Below, in pieces: positions 47,371-61,600 of a stretch of DNA of 64,000 nucleotides. Within the stretch, counting starts at the first letter, position 1. Each line of letters opens with the position of its first letter. Source of the DNA: Amoebophrya sp. A120 (Eukaryota > Protista > Dinoflagellata); the NCBI GenBank assembly GCA_905178155.1, contig CAJINV010000004.1:8080144-8144143 (forward strand). Reading direction: 5' to 3'. The notes beneath the pieces were generated by a model. It saw only the letters and a list, made by a program, of their open reading frames with translations. It did no database searches and was not told the origin of the DNA. The position numbers were made by a program, and so were the translations under genes.

Positions 47371-50300
47371 ATGCGGCTGCCAGCACTTCACTTCGCAGTG
47401 GGGGCTGCAAGAACATTGGTGTCGGCCAATCTGTTTATTCCCGGGCGTGGTCCTGGGTTGATGCCAACGGATGATGAATCGCCAACAACAACGCCCGAAA
47501 CCTTCAACGGCGACGACGTGGCGGGGAAACCTCCAACGATCGAAGTCGGAACCAACAAAAAGCAGCATGGAAATGATCCTTCTGCGATGCAGATTCAGTT
47601 CGCTGTTTGTAAGGAGCCGGAAAAAGAGGACATTCCAGTGGACTTCAAAAGCGTTCCTTCCCCTGAGCATGGATTCCCCGTTGCCGTATCAAAATGAACA
47701 AGGATCCCCCCGCCTCCCCATAGTACTTATTAAAACGGAGATCTGCGCTGTTGTACGAGCATTTTTTAAATCGCCGATTGTCAACATATGCTAGAGGGGA
47801 AGTACTAGAGATGCGGACAGTAGTGCTGGCTGGTGTTGGAATACTTTTAAAAAACAAGCCTTGTGTATTATTCAGCACGACAGGAAGCATCTGGAAGCGG
47901 GAAGCAGCATCTTCACAAATTGCCTGCAAACGAGGCCACAACTGCGTCTCATCTTTGCCTCCTAGCAATACAAGTCGTGGTGCAACTCGTATAGGCACAG
48001 CATTGATTCCGATACCTGGGGAGGGGGGATTTGATTTCCGCACAATACGCCGGGCCCCTAGACTATGCCGCTGCTGAGTACAATGCCACCCTCCTGGAGA
48101 GCCAGGAGGCGATGGACTTGCAGTTCGATAAGGTATCAAATGCAAATATGTCTGGGTCTGGAACAGTTGAACTTGTGATGCGTGTCTTGCAATCCTGGAA
48201 AATCTCTGTTGCATGAGCAGCAACAGAGGAGCTTCCTTTGTCATGCAAGAACGCAATGTGTGATGCGTGCTAGGCATCAGCAGGCGTCTTAAAAACTTGT
48301 CATGCTTGGCTGCCATTGCAAGTGCTTTAATCATGCTCAATTCAGCATCACAGGTTTCCAGACCCAGACATATTTGCAGTGCATATAAGGACGGGGCCAA
48401 CAAATGGTCCTCCGACCACACCATGCAGCTTTTGGAGATATCAAATGCAAAAATGTCTGGGTCTGGAAGGTTGGAACTTGTGATGCTAACTTTGGACTCC
48501 AAAAAAATCTGTATTGCGTGACCAGCAAGAGGAGTCTAGTTTGTGCTACGCGGGGAGGGCGTTTGTCATGCGGGACAGGCATCAGGAAGGCCTCTAAAAA
48601 TATGTGATGCCAGATCAAACATTACAGACATCCTGAGTCATGTAAAATATGCATGACAAACCTGGCAACCTTCCAGACCCAGACATTTTTGCATTTGATA
48701 GGAGATCAAGGAAGTCAAAGTCGGAAGCAACAGCACAACTGGGGAGCAGCAGCTCCACCAGCTCCACACCTCGCTCCGCGGCATGTATTGAGAGGAAAAT
48801 AAATCCCTCCTCCCCATATCGTCGAAAAGGTATGTTTCCGAAATAAATTTGTGTTGCTGATTTGAGACCACAAATGATCCCGCCTGTCTTGCTAGAAGAC
48901 AAGTGCAGAGTGGCTTCCGCACCATTATGGAAGCAATTTGGCATGCTGTTGGGCTTAGGGAAAAGCCGTTTGCAATGCGAAGCAACTAGACCCAAACGCT
49001 CCTACCTAGGCTGAGGATCTGGCTGCGAAGATGCCGTGCTGCAAGACAGCGCGCATTTGTGTACTACGGAAATCCAGCATCAGAAACTTTGTCGCGACAG
49101 GGGGAGGGGGGATTTTTCCTTACGATAGCATGACGTGGAACATCATGATGAAACCCGGGCGTATGGTCATCCCGGACAGAACGGATGAGAACAAGAAAAT
49201 GGCGATCACCTTTTCCCCCTGGTCGAACTTTCAACAAACAGACGACATCGAGAAAAACCAGTTTGAGCTTGCGGAGCACTACAAAATGCGGAAGATTTAC
49301 CAAGTGAAAAAGATCGTGCAAGTGATGAAAGAGGAGAACCTGCAGTTTGCCATGCTGCAAGAGGTGGACTTCCTGCTCACCGTCCAAGATCGCCATCGGA
49401 AAAACAAACTCACGATGATAAGAAAGCAAATTTTTGCATTTTGGCGGAACTACATCGAGGAGTCTGGGCTACGCTTTGTCACCACGGATCCTAAGATCCC
49501 GAATGTTCAGAAGCTGATGATCGTGTACGATCCCAAGTGGCTTGTCCCCGAGAAGCGAAGATTCGGGCCCAAGAATTATGTGGCCAACTACTATGACCGA
49601 GAGATCGCAAACTTTGGCTCCGATTCGCACCTCCATCCGCTTTGGGGTCCTTACTCCACGACAGAAACCAAACACGAAAAGGACCGGGCGGCCGGCATGC
49701 AGTTTAGCATCCGCGACGGCGCTATGAAATGCAAATATGTCTGGGGCTGGAAGTGTGGAACTTGTAATGCTGTCTACGGATTCTAAAAGTATCTGTGTTG
49801 CATGAGCAGCCAGAGGAGTCCAGTTCTTGGCACGCGCAGAGGGCATTTCTCATGCGTGATGAAGAGCATCAAGAAGCCCTCAAAGAATCTGTGATGCTAG
49901 GACCTGCATCACGCAAAATGTGCATGACAAACTCCGACTCGTCCAGACCCAGACATATTTGCATTTGATAGGCGCCGGCGGGATGACTGAAGCGAAAGTG
50001 CACCTAGTCAACCTGCACCTCCACCAAGACGATCCTAAGTATTGCGAGGAAAAATTCCCCCTCCCCATAGCGAAAAGGAAATTTGTGATGCTGGATTTGC
50101 GTACAACTCAGGTCGCCTTGTATTGCTAGAGGCCCAAGAGACGCAGTTGTGGCCTGAATTGCAGGCAGTTTGTCTTGCTGTTTTCCACTTTCAGTTGCCT
50201 CCTGTGATGCTGAAGATGCAAGGCCTGCTTCCCACGCCAGCCAGCACTACAGTCCGCATCTTTATATGCCTTCTAGCATGACAAAACGTGATTTGTGGCA

Positions 50301-53300
50301 TCAAGCTCCGTTTTTTCAGTACACAAATCTCCGTTTTAGTATGGGGATATCGTAACTTTTCATTTTGATACTAAGTACTTTATATCAACTATGAAAATGT
50401 CTGGGTCTGGAAAGATCCAAGGTTTGTCATGCTTGTCGGACATGACTCTCAAGTCTGTCATGCACATTACCCAAAAGTGCCACTTTTCTGTCATGCAGAA
50501 GCTCACTTTCTCATGCAGAAAAGCCAAGACTTTAGCACCTCCAAAACTTGTCATGCTTGCCTGTCAAATGAGGCGTGCTCGTCTTTCGCAACTAGTATTA
50601 CAAGTTCCCAGACCCAGACATATTTGCAATGCATACTTTAATTTGTTACCCTCGTACGCCGGCACGATGTATCGACTACAGAAAATGAACCTGAAGCACT
50701 ATGCATTGCAAATATCTTCGATCTGCGTCTGGAATTGGATGCAACTTGTCATGCGAAGTAGTCTCAAGCCTGAAACAAAAATCTGTATTGCATGAAGGCC
50801 AAAAGATGTTGCCCACGACTTCTTGCTGGGCTGCAAAAGGCGGATTTCTTATCATGCGGGGTAGGCATGGTGAAGATCAGCTCGCAAAATCTGTGATGCA
50901 GCTTCATCTGTGTGCATTACAGACCATGTCTGCGTGCTGTGGTCCGCGAGATGCATGACAAGTCTTGCAGTCCTCTTCGAGACATCCCCATCCAGGGATA
51001 TTTGCACCGGATAAGCACTATGGATTGTAAAAATGTCTGGGTCTGGAAGGTTGCAACTTGTAATGCTAGCTTTCCATACCTAGAAAATCTGCATTGCATA
51101 ACGAACAAAAGTCGCAGCCTCTTTTGTCATGCAAAAACGCAGTTTCTCATGCGGATTGCCTATGAGAAAGCGTTTTGGGAAGTTGGCATGCCGGACTGCA
51201 TTCGAAAGTGTTTTCATCATGCACATTTTAGCATCACAAGTTTCCAGACCCAGACATTTTTACACTTGATAAGCACGGGATTGCCACGATTCTCGCCGGG
51301 GACACGAACCACTGCGTCAATATCAACTGCAAATATGTCTGGGTCTGGAAGAATGCAAGTTTGTCATGCACGTTTTGCATGAGCCATGATGTCTGTGATG
51401 TTTGTCCTAGCATCACAGATTTTCTGACGGCTTCGTGATGCCTATCCCGCATGAGAAATGCCCTGTCCGCGTAGCAAAAATTGGACTCCTTTTGCTGCTC
51501 ATGCAATACTTACAGATTTTTTTAGAATCCAAACGCAGCATCACAAGTTGCACGTGCACCCTTCCGGACCGAGACATATTCTCATTTGATAGTCAAGTGC
51601 GCAATGCCATTGATGACCGGCACGGGGGACCTGGCCAGCGGCTTGGGCGGGTCCGACATCCATGCGCGAGAACTGGGCAAAGACAAAACGGGAGTGTATC
51701 AAATGCAAATATCGATCTGGGTCTGGAAAGGTTGAGCTTGTATTGCGTGTTTCGCATTCCTACAAAATCTGTATTGCATAAAAAGCAAATGAAGCAACAC
51801 ACTTTCATCATGCAAAGTCGCAGTTTCTGTATGCGTTCTAGCGCATGAGAAAGCGTTTGAAAAATTCGTCATGCTGAACTGCACTCAAAGGCACAGTCAA
51901 TCATGGCCATTCAGCCTTACAAGTTTCCAGACATCCAGACATATTTGCAATTCATAGATTGCCCATTGTCGCCGCTGACGCAGTTTCGCTGGACAGGCGG
52001 GTGCACACGGTCCCCTACAATGGCATGCCGCCTCCGCATTTCCACACGGTGCCGAACCAAATTGACGGGTTTTTCGTGTCGCCTAGCAGCAAGAATCACT
52101 TCGTCGCCGTGCGCGAACTACGGTCGGTAGAATGGATTACGCATTGCAAATATCCCTGGATGTTGTCTGGAAGGTTGCAAGAACTTGTGATGCTGTCTTT
52201 GGATTCTGAAAAAAGTGTATTGCATGAGCAGCAAGAGGAGTCGAGTTTGTGCTACGCGGAGAGGGCATTTCTCACGCGGAATAGGGAGGAAGACGCCCTC
52301 AACAAATCTGTGATGCTGGACCATGCATCACAAAGGACATCATGGGCCGTGCACAATGTGCATGACAAGGAACCTCGCATCCTTCCAGACCAAGATCGAT
52401 ATTTGAAATCCATATGGATCGTGCGGAAACAACCTCCCGGGGAGGAGAGGAAGTTCCTATGAGAGTGCACAACTCCCCCTCCCCCCCATTTGTTTTGCAT
52501 GAACAGCAACACAAGCGCTGGCAACAATGCAGCTTTTGCATGACAAACTCCTACAGAGGACTGTAGTGCTGTTTTGGATTCCGGAACAATCTGTCATGCA
52601 AATAGTGTTGACAGACAAAGGGTGGATTTTGAATTTTGCACCACAAATCGGGGGGGAGGGGGAGTTGCGCACTCTCATAGCCCCCTGCATTGGCACAGAA
52701 CACGCGGAAGGAACAAGACTGCTATTCCGTCTCGACTAAGGGGCAGCCCTACATCCGCAAGGGCGTAGAGGAGGAGCTGCTCAAGTGCCTAGCGGCCGCG
52801 GAAAGGAACAGAATTTCAATCAAACAAGAACCCAAAGGGGAACAAGAAAAGTTCCTCGAGGATCGCGACGCTTGGCTATGTCGATTGCAAATTATATCGA
52901 GATCTGGGTCTGGAAAGTTCGAACTTCGATCATGCTGGGCTTCGATTTTTTTTGTGAAATCAGTGTATTGCATGACCAGCAAGATGAGTCGCAGGCTCTT
53001 CTGTCATACAAAAACGCAGTTTCCGACGCGGGCTGCGCATGCGAAAGCGTTCTGAGAACTTGTCATGCCATTGGCAGCATTGATTCGGATGCCGCGTTTG
53101 TTCCATCGTCCAGATAGAAATTGTAGCATCACAAATTATTTCCAGAGGACCCAGACAACATATGTGATTTGATAGTGGCACTGGTACTACGATGACCGGA
53201 AAAAGAAATGGGCCTTATCCATTGCAAATATGTCTGGGTCTGGAAAAGTGCAACGTTTGTCATGCACGTTTTGCATGACGCATGAGGTCTGTGATGCATG

Positions 53301-54175
53301 CCCTGGCATCACAGATTCTGTGAGATCTTTGCCATGCCTTTTCCGCATGAGAAACTGCCTCTCGGCTTGCTCAAAAGTGGACAGCTTTATTGGTAATCAT
53401 GCAACACAGATTTTTGCATGATTCAGATTTAGCATGACAAGTTGTACCCTTCCAGAGGACCCAGGCACTTTTACAATCCATAGGCCTGGACGTGGAACCA
53501 CGAAGTGTGGGAAAAAATGCTGAGCGACGTCGTGAAAGGCACGCCCGCGTTCTATCAAAGTGAAAAAAGCCCCCACCCCACATCAAAACGAAATTTCTGA
53601 TGCTGGATTTGCGTACACAGATCAGATTTGTCTTGCAGTAGGGGACTGCAGGCCGATATCATGCCAGTACGCAGAGGTTTTGGCCTAGGCACTTAGCATG
53701 GGGAACGCCTATGCTGTAGGACCAACAGCATTACAAACCGCCTGCATAATGGGGCGGAGCGGATGCCGTTGCTTTCTTGCAAGACAGACACGATTTGTGG
53801 TCGCAAATCAGCATCACAAATTTTTTGAGGCGTTCCGTTTCGATATGGGGAGGGGGGATTTTTCCTTACGATACGTTCAAACCCGGGACGAGGATTGAGG
53901 GCGGACTTAGCGCTTTGCAAACCCGGAAGGACTGGAGCGGCCCTCCTAAACCCTTTCCGGCGTCCGAAGCAGACTGCTTCAAAATTGATGGGCCCTACGG
54001 TCGTGTCGGTGAGTACAAAAACCTCGAGCACCTCATGCTGACGAAGCCGGCGGCGCGGGAAGATGACTCTGACGAAGTTCCTACCACTGTAACTCGGGCG
54101 AAAAAGATTGATTTCGGGCTCCTGAGAGGAGTCAACCGGTTTTCGATGGTCCAGCCCGGGATGGGGGATGATTGA
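47371..54175 (+). CDS. Endonuclease/exonuclease/phosphatase (EEP) superfamily protein, spliced
   Basis: Reconstructed LRGMTWNI, FAMLQEVD, HLVNLHL, ILAGDTN, QIDGFF, with SDH near the N-terminus. 16 TIR introns. Confidence 0.75.
47687..48047. mobile_element. TIR introner, family C
   Basis: TSD TGCCG/CGCCG. Confidence 0.85.
48134..48385. mobile_element. TIR introner, family A
   Basis: TSD TAAGG. Confidence 0.93.
48439..48700. mobile_element. TIR introner, family A
   Basis: TSD GGAGA. Confidence 0.93.
48786..49127. mobile_element. TIR introner, family C
   Basis: TSD GCATG. Confidence 0.9.
49723..49970. mobile_element. TIR introner, family A
   Basis: TSD GGCGC. Confidence 0.92.
50040..50370. 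mobile_element. TIR introner, family C
   Basis: TSD CTAAG. Confidence 0.88.
50383..50635. mobile_element. TIR introner, family A
   Basis: TSD CTTTA. Confidence 0.9.
50700..51013. mobile_element. TIR introner, diverged family A (first of tandem pair)
   Basis: TSD AGCAC. Confidence 0.88.
51019..51271. mobile_element. TIR introner, family A (second of tandem pair)
   Basis: TSD AGCAC. Confidence 0.92.
51321..51591. mobile_element. TIR introner, family A
   Basis: TSD GTCAA. Confidence 0.92.
51697..51956. mobile_element. TIR introner, family A
   Basis: TSD GAGTG/GATTG. Confidence 0.9.
52138..52414. mobile_element. TIR introner, family A (TAC start)
   Basis: TSD TGGAT. Confidence 0.87.
52458..52679. 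mobile_element. TIR introner, family G
   Basis: TSD GTTCC/GCCCC. Confidence 0.9.
52877..53174. mobile_element. TIR introner, diverged family A
   Basis: TSD TTGGC/GTGGC. Confidence 0.85.
53216..53482. mobile_element. TIR introner, family A
   Basis: TSD GGCCT. Confidence 0.92.
53553..53873. mobile_element. TIR introner, family C
   Basis: TSD CGTTC. Confidence 0.9.
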
Positions 54176-55634
54176 TGCCGAGCCGATGTCATCTGTGAAG
54201 GAAAATAAGGGGGCACCAGCCTACTTAAAACTTGAGCTTCCGGATCCGGTTGCTGCGTAGAAGCTCTAGATTTTGCAAACTGTCTTGATGTACTATAGAT
54301 CCCTTGTGGTCGTTCATGGGTGCCTCAATGAGTACTGACTCGTTGGTGGCAATTTTTCGTGCACGACTGGTACAACTAGAAGACCTTTTATAAATATTGA
54401 ATTTGAAGTACATGATCGACCCAAATATGATTCCGCAGCGTTTTTTCCTAGTGCGCATTTATTTTTTGCTCTACCCGGAGGTGGGCTAGCATTTGTTGTT
54501 CCCACCTGTTGTCACACAAAAAATGTCTATATAATTACCAGCAGAGCATGCTGTGGCTTCTCTGCTTGCGGCAAATTCACGCCCGTCCAAGAAACAATGT
54601 ACCGTCTACAGCAGGATTTCTATCAGCAAGCATATTCAATATCATACGTTGCGACTTATTTTCCATGTTAAAAACGACCAAACTCTGCTCTGGCTTCAGA
54701 TATACTATGCGCGGCCATGATACCAAGAAACCGAACAAAATTTTGTCCCGCCACTACGCACGATGCAGTGGCATGCACATGCTGCCGCTCCATTACCGTT
54801 CACGCCAATACTGATTGATGTGTCTTTCTGCAACGTGATTGGTAACACTGACACTAAGCAGAACTGCAAATGACGTGTTCATCACACTCCTCGGCAACGC
54901 ACAGTGCCGCGAGATGTCGGTCTTTTTTTTGTGAAACGAAGAAGCAATCAGCCGCGGACAATCATAATCAAGGCCAATCACTATACTTCGGTTGTTTCGA
55001 TGGATTTTTTTTCTCCTGCTCTCGTCTACTTCCACTCAACAAGGACCGGCCTAAATTTTTTAGCTTTAAGATTCAACTATCAGTAACCTTATACCTTAGT
55101 GCATCAAAAGTCGTGTCGATAAAATTGTCGTTGCAAGGCAAAGAATGTAGTCGGTTTGAGTAATTAAAAATCGTGTAGGAATTTTTTTCATAAATCCCCA
55201 TCGTTGCAAATGCAAGAGTCGTTTTTTGTTTTTCAACAAAACAGCACCCGAAAAAAATCGTGGACCTCCTATGTAGCTCCTATTTCATCTTGGATCGTCT
55301 CGTATTAATTCCAATCGTGAAAAGTGGAGTAAAAATCTTCCACTTCGTAGAACGGGAAAAATTGATACATGATACAACGAACCTAGTTGAAAAACGATTC
55401 AGCATAAATAGTGTTTGTGCAGGTGTTTTTTTCACCCCAAATTATTTGCCGTCCAGCACGGTTCAATTTTTTATGGTGTAGTCCTGTTGTAACAACAACA
55501 GGACTACTGGGCGAAAAGTAAGGGTGAAATCCTATAATTTCATCTATCGCTACTCTGCTACACTTCTTGTGAAGACCACTCTCCTCATTTATTCAACTGT
55601 GTAGTAGTTCACGTTTTATTTGAACAGCAAAATC

Positions 55635-58600
55635 ATGGCAAAATCCACCTCAACAATCCCTATTGGCTCGTTCCGTGATGCGGACGAAGAGCTTCTTTTG
55701 GATTTCTTGCCCGAAAGTCTAGCCCGCTATCCTGACCAAAAACATCCCCACCCCCAGAGTTGTCATGCAGATTTGCATAGCAGGAGCATTTGTACTGCGC
55801 ATCCACATGAGAGGCATCCTGTTTGGGAACTTGTAATGCTGTAAACAGGATAAGGAGATGAATTTGCTATGCGACTCTCCTTGCTAGACCGCACTACACT
55901 ACAGCCTGCAACTTCTCATGCGTGACTCCTAAAACTTTCAAGTTTGTGTTGCAAAATCACCATCTTGACTCTGGGGTGGGGACGTTTTTGCTCTGGATAC
56001 CCGCATGCTGTTCCACAGCCCGAAGGAGCAAGGACGAGGAGGACCACGGCGCGGCACGGGAAGCAGACCGATGAAAACCGATGTTGAACAAGCAGAAGAT
56101 GTCAAAAATCCAGCTGTTTTTTCACCGCCGAACCTGCTGTTTTGTATGGAAAACAAGGACCTTGTGGACGACATTTTGCCCACCTCCGACCTCAACGTGG
56201 CCGCCTTCGGTCGGCCCTACGCGAAGTGCGAGGCCTTCGCGCGGGAGCTCTTGCAATTTGCGAACAAGCATATGACCTGCTCAAACGTGACAATCTCAAA
56301 CGTTACAACAGAAAAATCTCGGTTTTGTATTGCATGATGAGCATGACAGACTCGGACAGCATTCCACTTTCTGCAATACAAATTTCGCCAGATAATTCTA
56401 GTGAGTGCGGGTTGGGACTCCAGAACTTGTGATGCGCAATCCTATGAGAGTTGGCTACATAATGCACCTCTTGCAACACAAATTCCCGATTCTATGGTAA
56501 CCGATTTGAGATTGTAACACCTGAGCGGGTTATAAAGCAGCCCGATGTTTTCTACGACCAAGCGCTGATGCCCTTGTTATCCTGAGTAAAAACGTCCCGA
56601 CCCCAGAGTTGTCATGCAAATCTGCATGCTGAAAATGTTTCTCATGCGGTGCCCCATGAGAAGCATTTTCCATTCATGTTTTGGAATTTGTCATGCTCCA
56701 ATCAGCATGATATACTAGATCTGTGATGCTGCTAAGCTAGCTCGAACAGCACTACACTACGAGTCCAAATTTGTCATGCAAAACAGCCAAAACTTGTGGA
56801 CTTGTCTAGCGGAGTCCCCATCTTGACGATGGGGTCGTGGGGATGTTTTTCCTCAGGATCCTCGTTGAAACAAAGCTACGCTATTGCCGAGCGGTTTTTC
56901 TGCTGCGAAGAAGATTTTGACGGTCTTCACACGATTGCCGGCTTGGGCTTCGTCCTATCAAAATGAAAAATCCCCCCACCCCATATTCAAACTAGAAATT
57001 TGTGATGCAGATTTGTGGTCACAAATCAGCTTTGTTATGCTAGAAGGGAAAAGATGCGGACTGCAGTGCTGGTTATGGGAAAGCCTTGCCTCTTCAGCAT
57101 GACAGGGGGCAGCTGGAAGTCGGAAACAGCATGACAAATTGCTTGCAAACGAGGCGAAAGCTGCGTCTCTTGGCCTTCTAGCATTACAAGTCGACTTGTG
57201 TACTCAAATACAGCATCACAAATTTCGTTTTCGATATGGGGAGGGGGGATTTTTCCTCTCAATACGTCCCGAACTGCAGTCACGGCATGAAACTCGTCGT
57301 CGATTCGTTGCTTTTAGATCATGTATCAAATGCAAAAAAGTCTGGGTCTGGAACAAGAAAGCAACTTGTCATGCTAAATCTGAATCATGTAAAAATCTGT
57401 GTTGCATGATTGCGAAAAGCTGTTCACTTTCGACCTAATCGCGAGGCAGTTTCTCATGCAGGATAGGCATGACAGAACTAACACAGAATCTGTCATGCTA
57501 TGTCCTACATACCAGGCCTCATGGGTCATGGAAAACCTGCATGACAAGTCTGGCATTCTTCCAGACCCAGACGCTTTTGCATTTCATATCATGAGATGAG
57601 TGGCACTAGTAGTGCCCCGCCTCTCAAAATCGCGGTTCTAGACCCGATCTACCCGGCGACCAAGTCGCTTTTGCACTACTACGAGACTGGGTGCGCCGCG
57701 GCCGGCGGTGGGGGGCAGAAAAAGAATGCCAAGAAGGTTGAGCTCGTGGAAATTCCATTGGAAACCACGGTCAACGCATCAAACGATCCGAACGTTGCGC
57801 TTTTTTGCGAGGACGTGGCGACTTTCCTTGCTTCCTTGCAGCGGACATTCAACGACACGCACTTCCAAGTCCTCATTGCAGACGAGATCACGAGCCAGAC
57901 GGCGCGGCATCTGCCGGTAAGAGAGGTTGGGAAGTGGTGCGAGGAACGAAACGTGGTGTTCATTGTGGACGGCACGCAGCAATTCGACTTCACGGACAGG
58001 AGGGATGTGAAAGAAAGGCTCGTATCCAAGAAAAACAAATTGTAGGTGTAACTTTTTTGGAGGAACAGCATTGCAAATTTGTCTGGCATGATAGCAAAAA
58101 CCTGTCATGCGCAGATGGTACGTGAAAATGCCCTTTAATGGACCCTACGACGCATGCCAAGCATGACCGACGCAATCATCTTGCATGTTGCGCATCACAA
58201 AGTACAAAAACAACGTTTTTTTTTTTGGATAGCTCGAGTTTGTGGACTACTACGTCTTGTCCACACACAAATGGCTCGGAAACACGAAAACCGCTGGGGT
58301 GGTCCGGTGGCGGAAGATGAATAAGCAGGGGGTGTTACAAAATGATGAAAGAGACCGTGACAGGATTTTTAGCACCACAAAGAAGATGAAACAAAAGCAG
58401 ATTCCGACCCCGACCGCCGTTTCCGCAGTCAGTTTTGGCTTCAACAAGCAAAACTTCTCCAACGACCAGCAGGATGAAAACACCAATAATACAACCCGCG
58501 ACTCGCTGTTCCTCTGGACCGGCATGGGTGCGCACTACATTCCCTACATCTGTCTGGGGCAGGCGTTGCTTTTGTACGAGGAATACGGAGCGCGGCAAGT

Positions 58601-61600
58601 GCAATTCGCAAATGAATTGCTGGACAAAGGGCTGGCGCTGCTTCCGATGGCGCCGGCGTCGGTTCTGTACAGTGATGGTACAACTAGTAGGGGCACCGCC
58701 GGCGGTGAAGGAACATCAACACCTCCGGGGCGAACAGGTAAAAAAAATTGCCGCACGATGGAACTCGTGCTGGTGCAGAATGTCCGCGAGCGGTTTTTTC
58801 CGAGTCAGAAAGATAATGTTCCGATCACCGCGAACGACTTCCAGAACTTCCTGCAGAAAGTGTACGGCATCTTCGTCAGCGTCAAGCCGTACGAGGCGGA
58901 GAAGCTGGCGCAAGGTTGTGCGGGTGCGAACAGCGCAGGTGATCATGTCGGCAAGTGCGAGTTTGTAGCAGCAAAGAAGACGAAGACCGGCGCAACAGGA
59001 AATAATGCAAATAGCAACGACATGTCGAAAATAAGAACATCCGAGGCCTTTTGGCTTCGTCTGTCCTGCTGGAGCGGAAACACCCTCCGTGACTTCGAGC
59101 GATTGGCCAACCTGCTGTCGCACAATATCAAATGCAAAAATGTCTGGGTCTGGAAGTATGCAAGTTTGTCATGCTTGTCTGGCATGACTCGAGAATCTGT
59201 GTTGCATAGGCACGAAAAGGCCCTCTTACCTGTCATGCAAAAACGCAGTTTGCCATGCGGCATGCGTAAGACATGGCAGCCAAGAAATTTGTCATGCATA
59301 GCTGCGTACTGCAGTGCGTCTATCATTCACTTTTAGCATTACAAGTTTCCAGACCCAGACATATTTGCACTTGATACACAACGTCTCTCTGCAAGACTTG
59401 GTGAAACTTCTCTCCATCGCGTACTTCCCGTACGAGAGCGACAAGGCACTCCACGCCGCGGTCCAGGATGAATTCACGCAATTTGACCACAGCAGCCCGG
59501 AAGTGACGGCCAACAGTACCACTACACAGAGCGGCACGGGTAATCGACTTCTAAATCAGCCCGAACAGATTTCCTCCCGGTCGCCATCTAAATTGTCGGA
59601 AGCGAGCGTGAAAAGCGACAAAACAACAAGCTCATCGACCACGAGCGCGATTTCTGCCAAAACCTTGAATCTCCTCCGCACACCGACGAAGAAAGAGAGA
59701 ACCCAGGCGCTGCTCCGGTTCCGCGAAGTTATCAACTGCAAATATGTCTGGGTCTCGAAGAAGGCAAGATTTTTCATCCTCAGCTAGCATGATTCTCAAG
59801 TCTGTCATGCACGTTACCCAAGAGCCTCGCTTTTCTGTCATGCGGAAACGCAGTTTGTCATGCAGAATAGACTACAGTCCGACCACATCAGAAACTTGTC
59901 ATGCTGGAACGGCACTTGCGGCACCCTAATCATTCGCCAAACAGCATCACAAGTTTCCAGACCCAGACATATTTGCAGTTGATAGAAGTGTTGAAGCACC
60001 AATTCCTGCAGACCTTCAACATCTACGAACGGCTTTTCTCCACCATCGCGACCTATCATTTGTAAAAACGTCCCCACACCAGGGTTGTCATGCAGATTTG
60101 CAACGACAGGAACATTTGTGATGCGCATCTCCATGAAAGGTATTTTTAGTCGTGTTTTGGAATTTGTAATGCTGTAACCAGGATAGGCCGATGGATTTGT
60201 GATGCGTTTGTCCTTGCTACCCTGCACTTCACTACGAACTCCAACTTGTGATGCGTGAGAACCAAAACTTCTAGGTTTGTGTTGCAAAGTCCCCATCTTG
60301 ACTCTGTCGTGGGGACGTTTTTCCTTTTGATACGACCCCCGGACTGTTCTACCGCGCGGAGCGGTTGCGACACCACTTGATTTTCTATCTCGGCCACACT
60401 GCGGTTTTTTACTGGAACAAACTGATCTCCGCTGGCTGGGTGTGTGCGAACCAGCGCTTGCACGAGAAATTTGAAGCGATTTTCGCAGTGGGGGTGGACG
60501 AAATGAGCTGGGACGACCTGTTGGAAGATAATTACGACTGGTGCGGGTTTTCGGTGGAGCAGCAAGAGAACTATCGGAAGGAAGTGGAACAGTACAGGGC
60601 TTCCGTGCGGGAAGAGGTGTGTCGCCTGATCGACGAGTACGTGCTGGAGGAAGATATCACTGTTGGTCGGACGAATCCACGGACTGCACCAGATGAAAAC
60701 AACACCTCTTTCCTCGCCTTTCAACCGGACGAACGGACTGTGGAAAAAAAGAACAGCAACATGAAAAAACCACATCAGCTATCAATTGCAAATATGTCTG
60801 GGTCTGGAAACTCGTGATGCTAAAATGTGCATGATGGAACAACTTCCGAATGCAGACCAGCATGACAACTTTCCGAAGCACTTTCTGATATGCTGCCCGC
60901 ATGAGAAACTGCGTTTTTGCATGACAAAAATGGGTGCGGCTTTTGTCGGTTATGCAATACAGATTTCCCGGGAATGTAAAGCTAGCATTACAAGTTCCAA
61001 CTTTCCAGACCCAGACATATTTGCATTTGATATCAGCAAGTGCGCGACAACGCGCCACTGTTAAAGGCGACTTGCGGGAAACTCGTGTCGGAGTACATTT
61101 TGAAGTATCAAAAGGAAAAATCCCCCCTCCCCATATCAAAACGAAATTTCTGATGCTGGATTTGGATACACAAATCAAATTTGTGTTGCAGTAGAGGAAT
61201 GCACGCAGATCCTGAGCCTAGGCGGGGGCCTTTTGGTGTAGGCGCCTAGCATAGTAGACGGCTACCTTGTAGGCCGCAGAGCATTACAAATCGCCTGCAT
61301 AACGTGGCGGCCAGCCTGAGTGTGCCTGCTTGCAAGACAGACCCGATTTGTGGTCACAAATCAGCAACACAAATTATCGGAAACATACCTTTTCGATATG
61401 GGGAGAGGGGATTTTTCCTTTCGATATAAAGTACTGCACAACTACGTCCGCTACCAGCAACTTAGGTGGTGGAACCAACAACGCCCCCCTTGCGAAGCAG
61501 TTGCAAAATACCATGATCTGGATTCTGCTGATGGGCGCCGAGCACGAAAAGATCCACCAAGAAACCAGCTGCCCCATCCTGTCCCAGATGCCCTTGCAAT

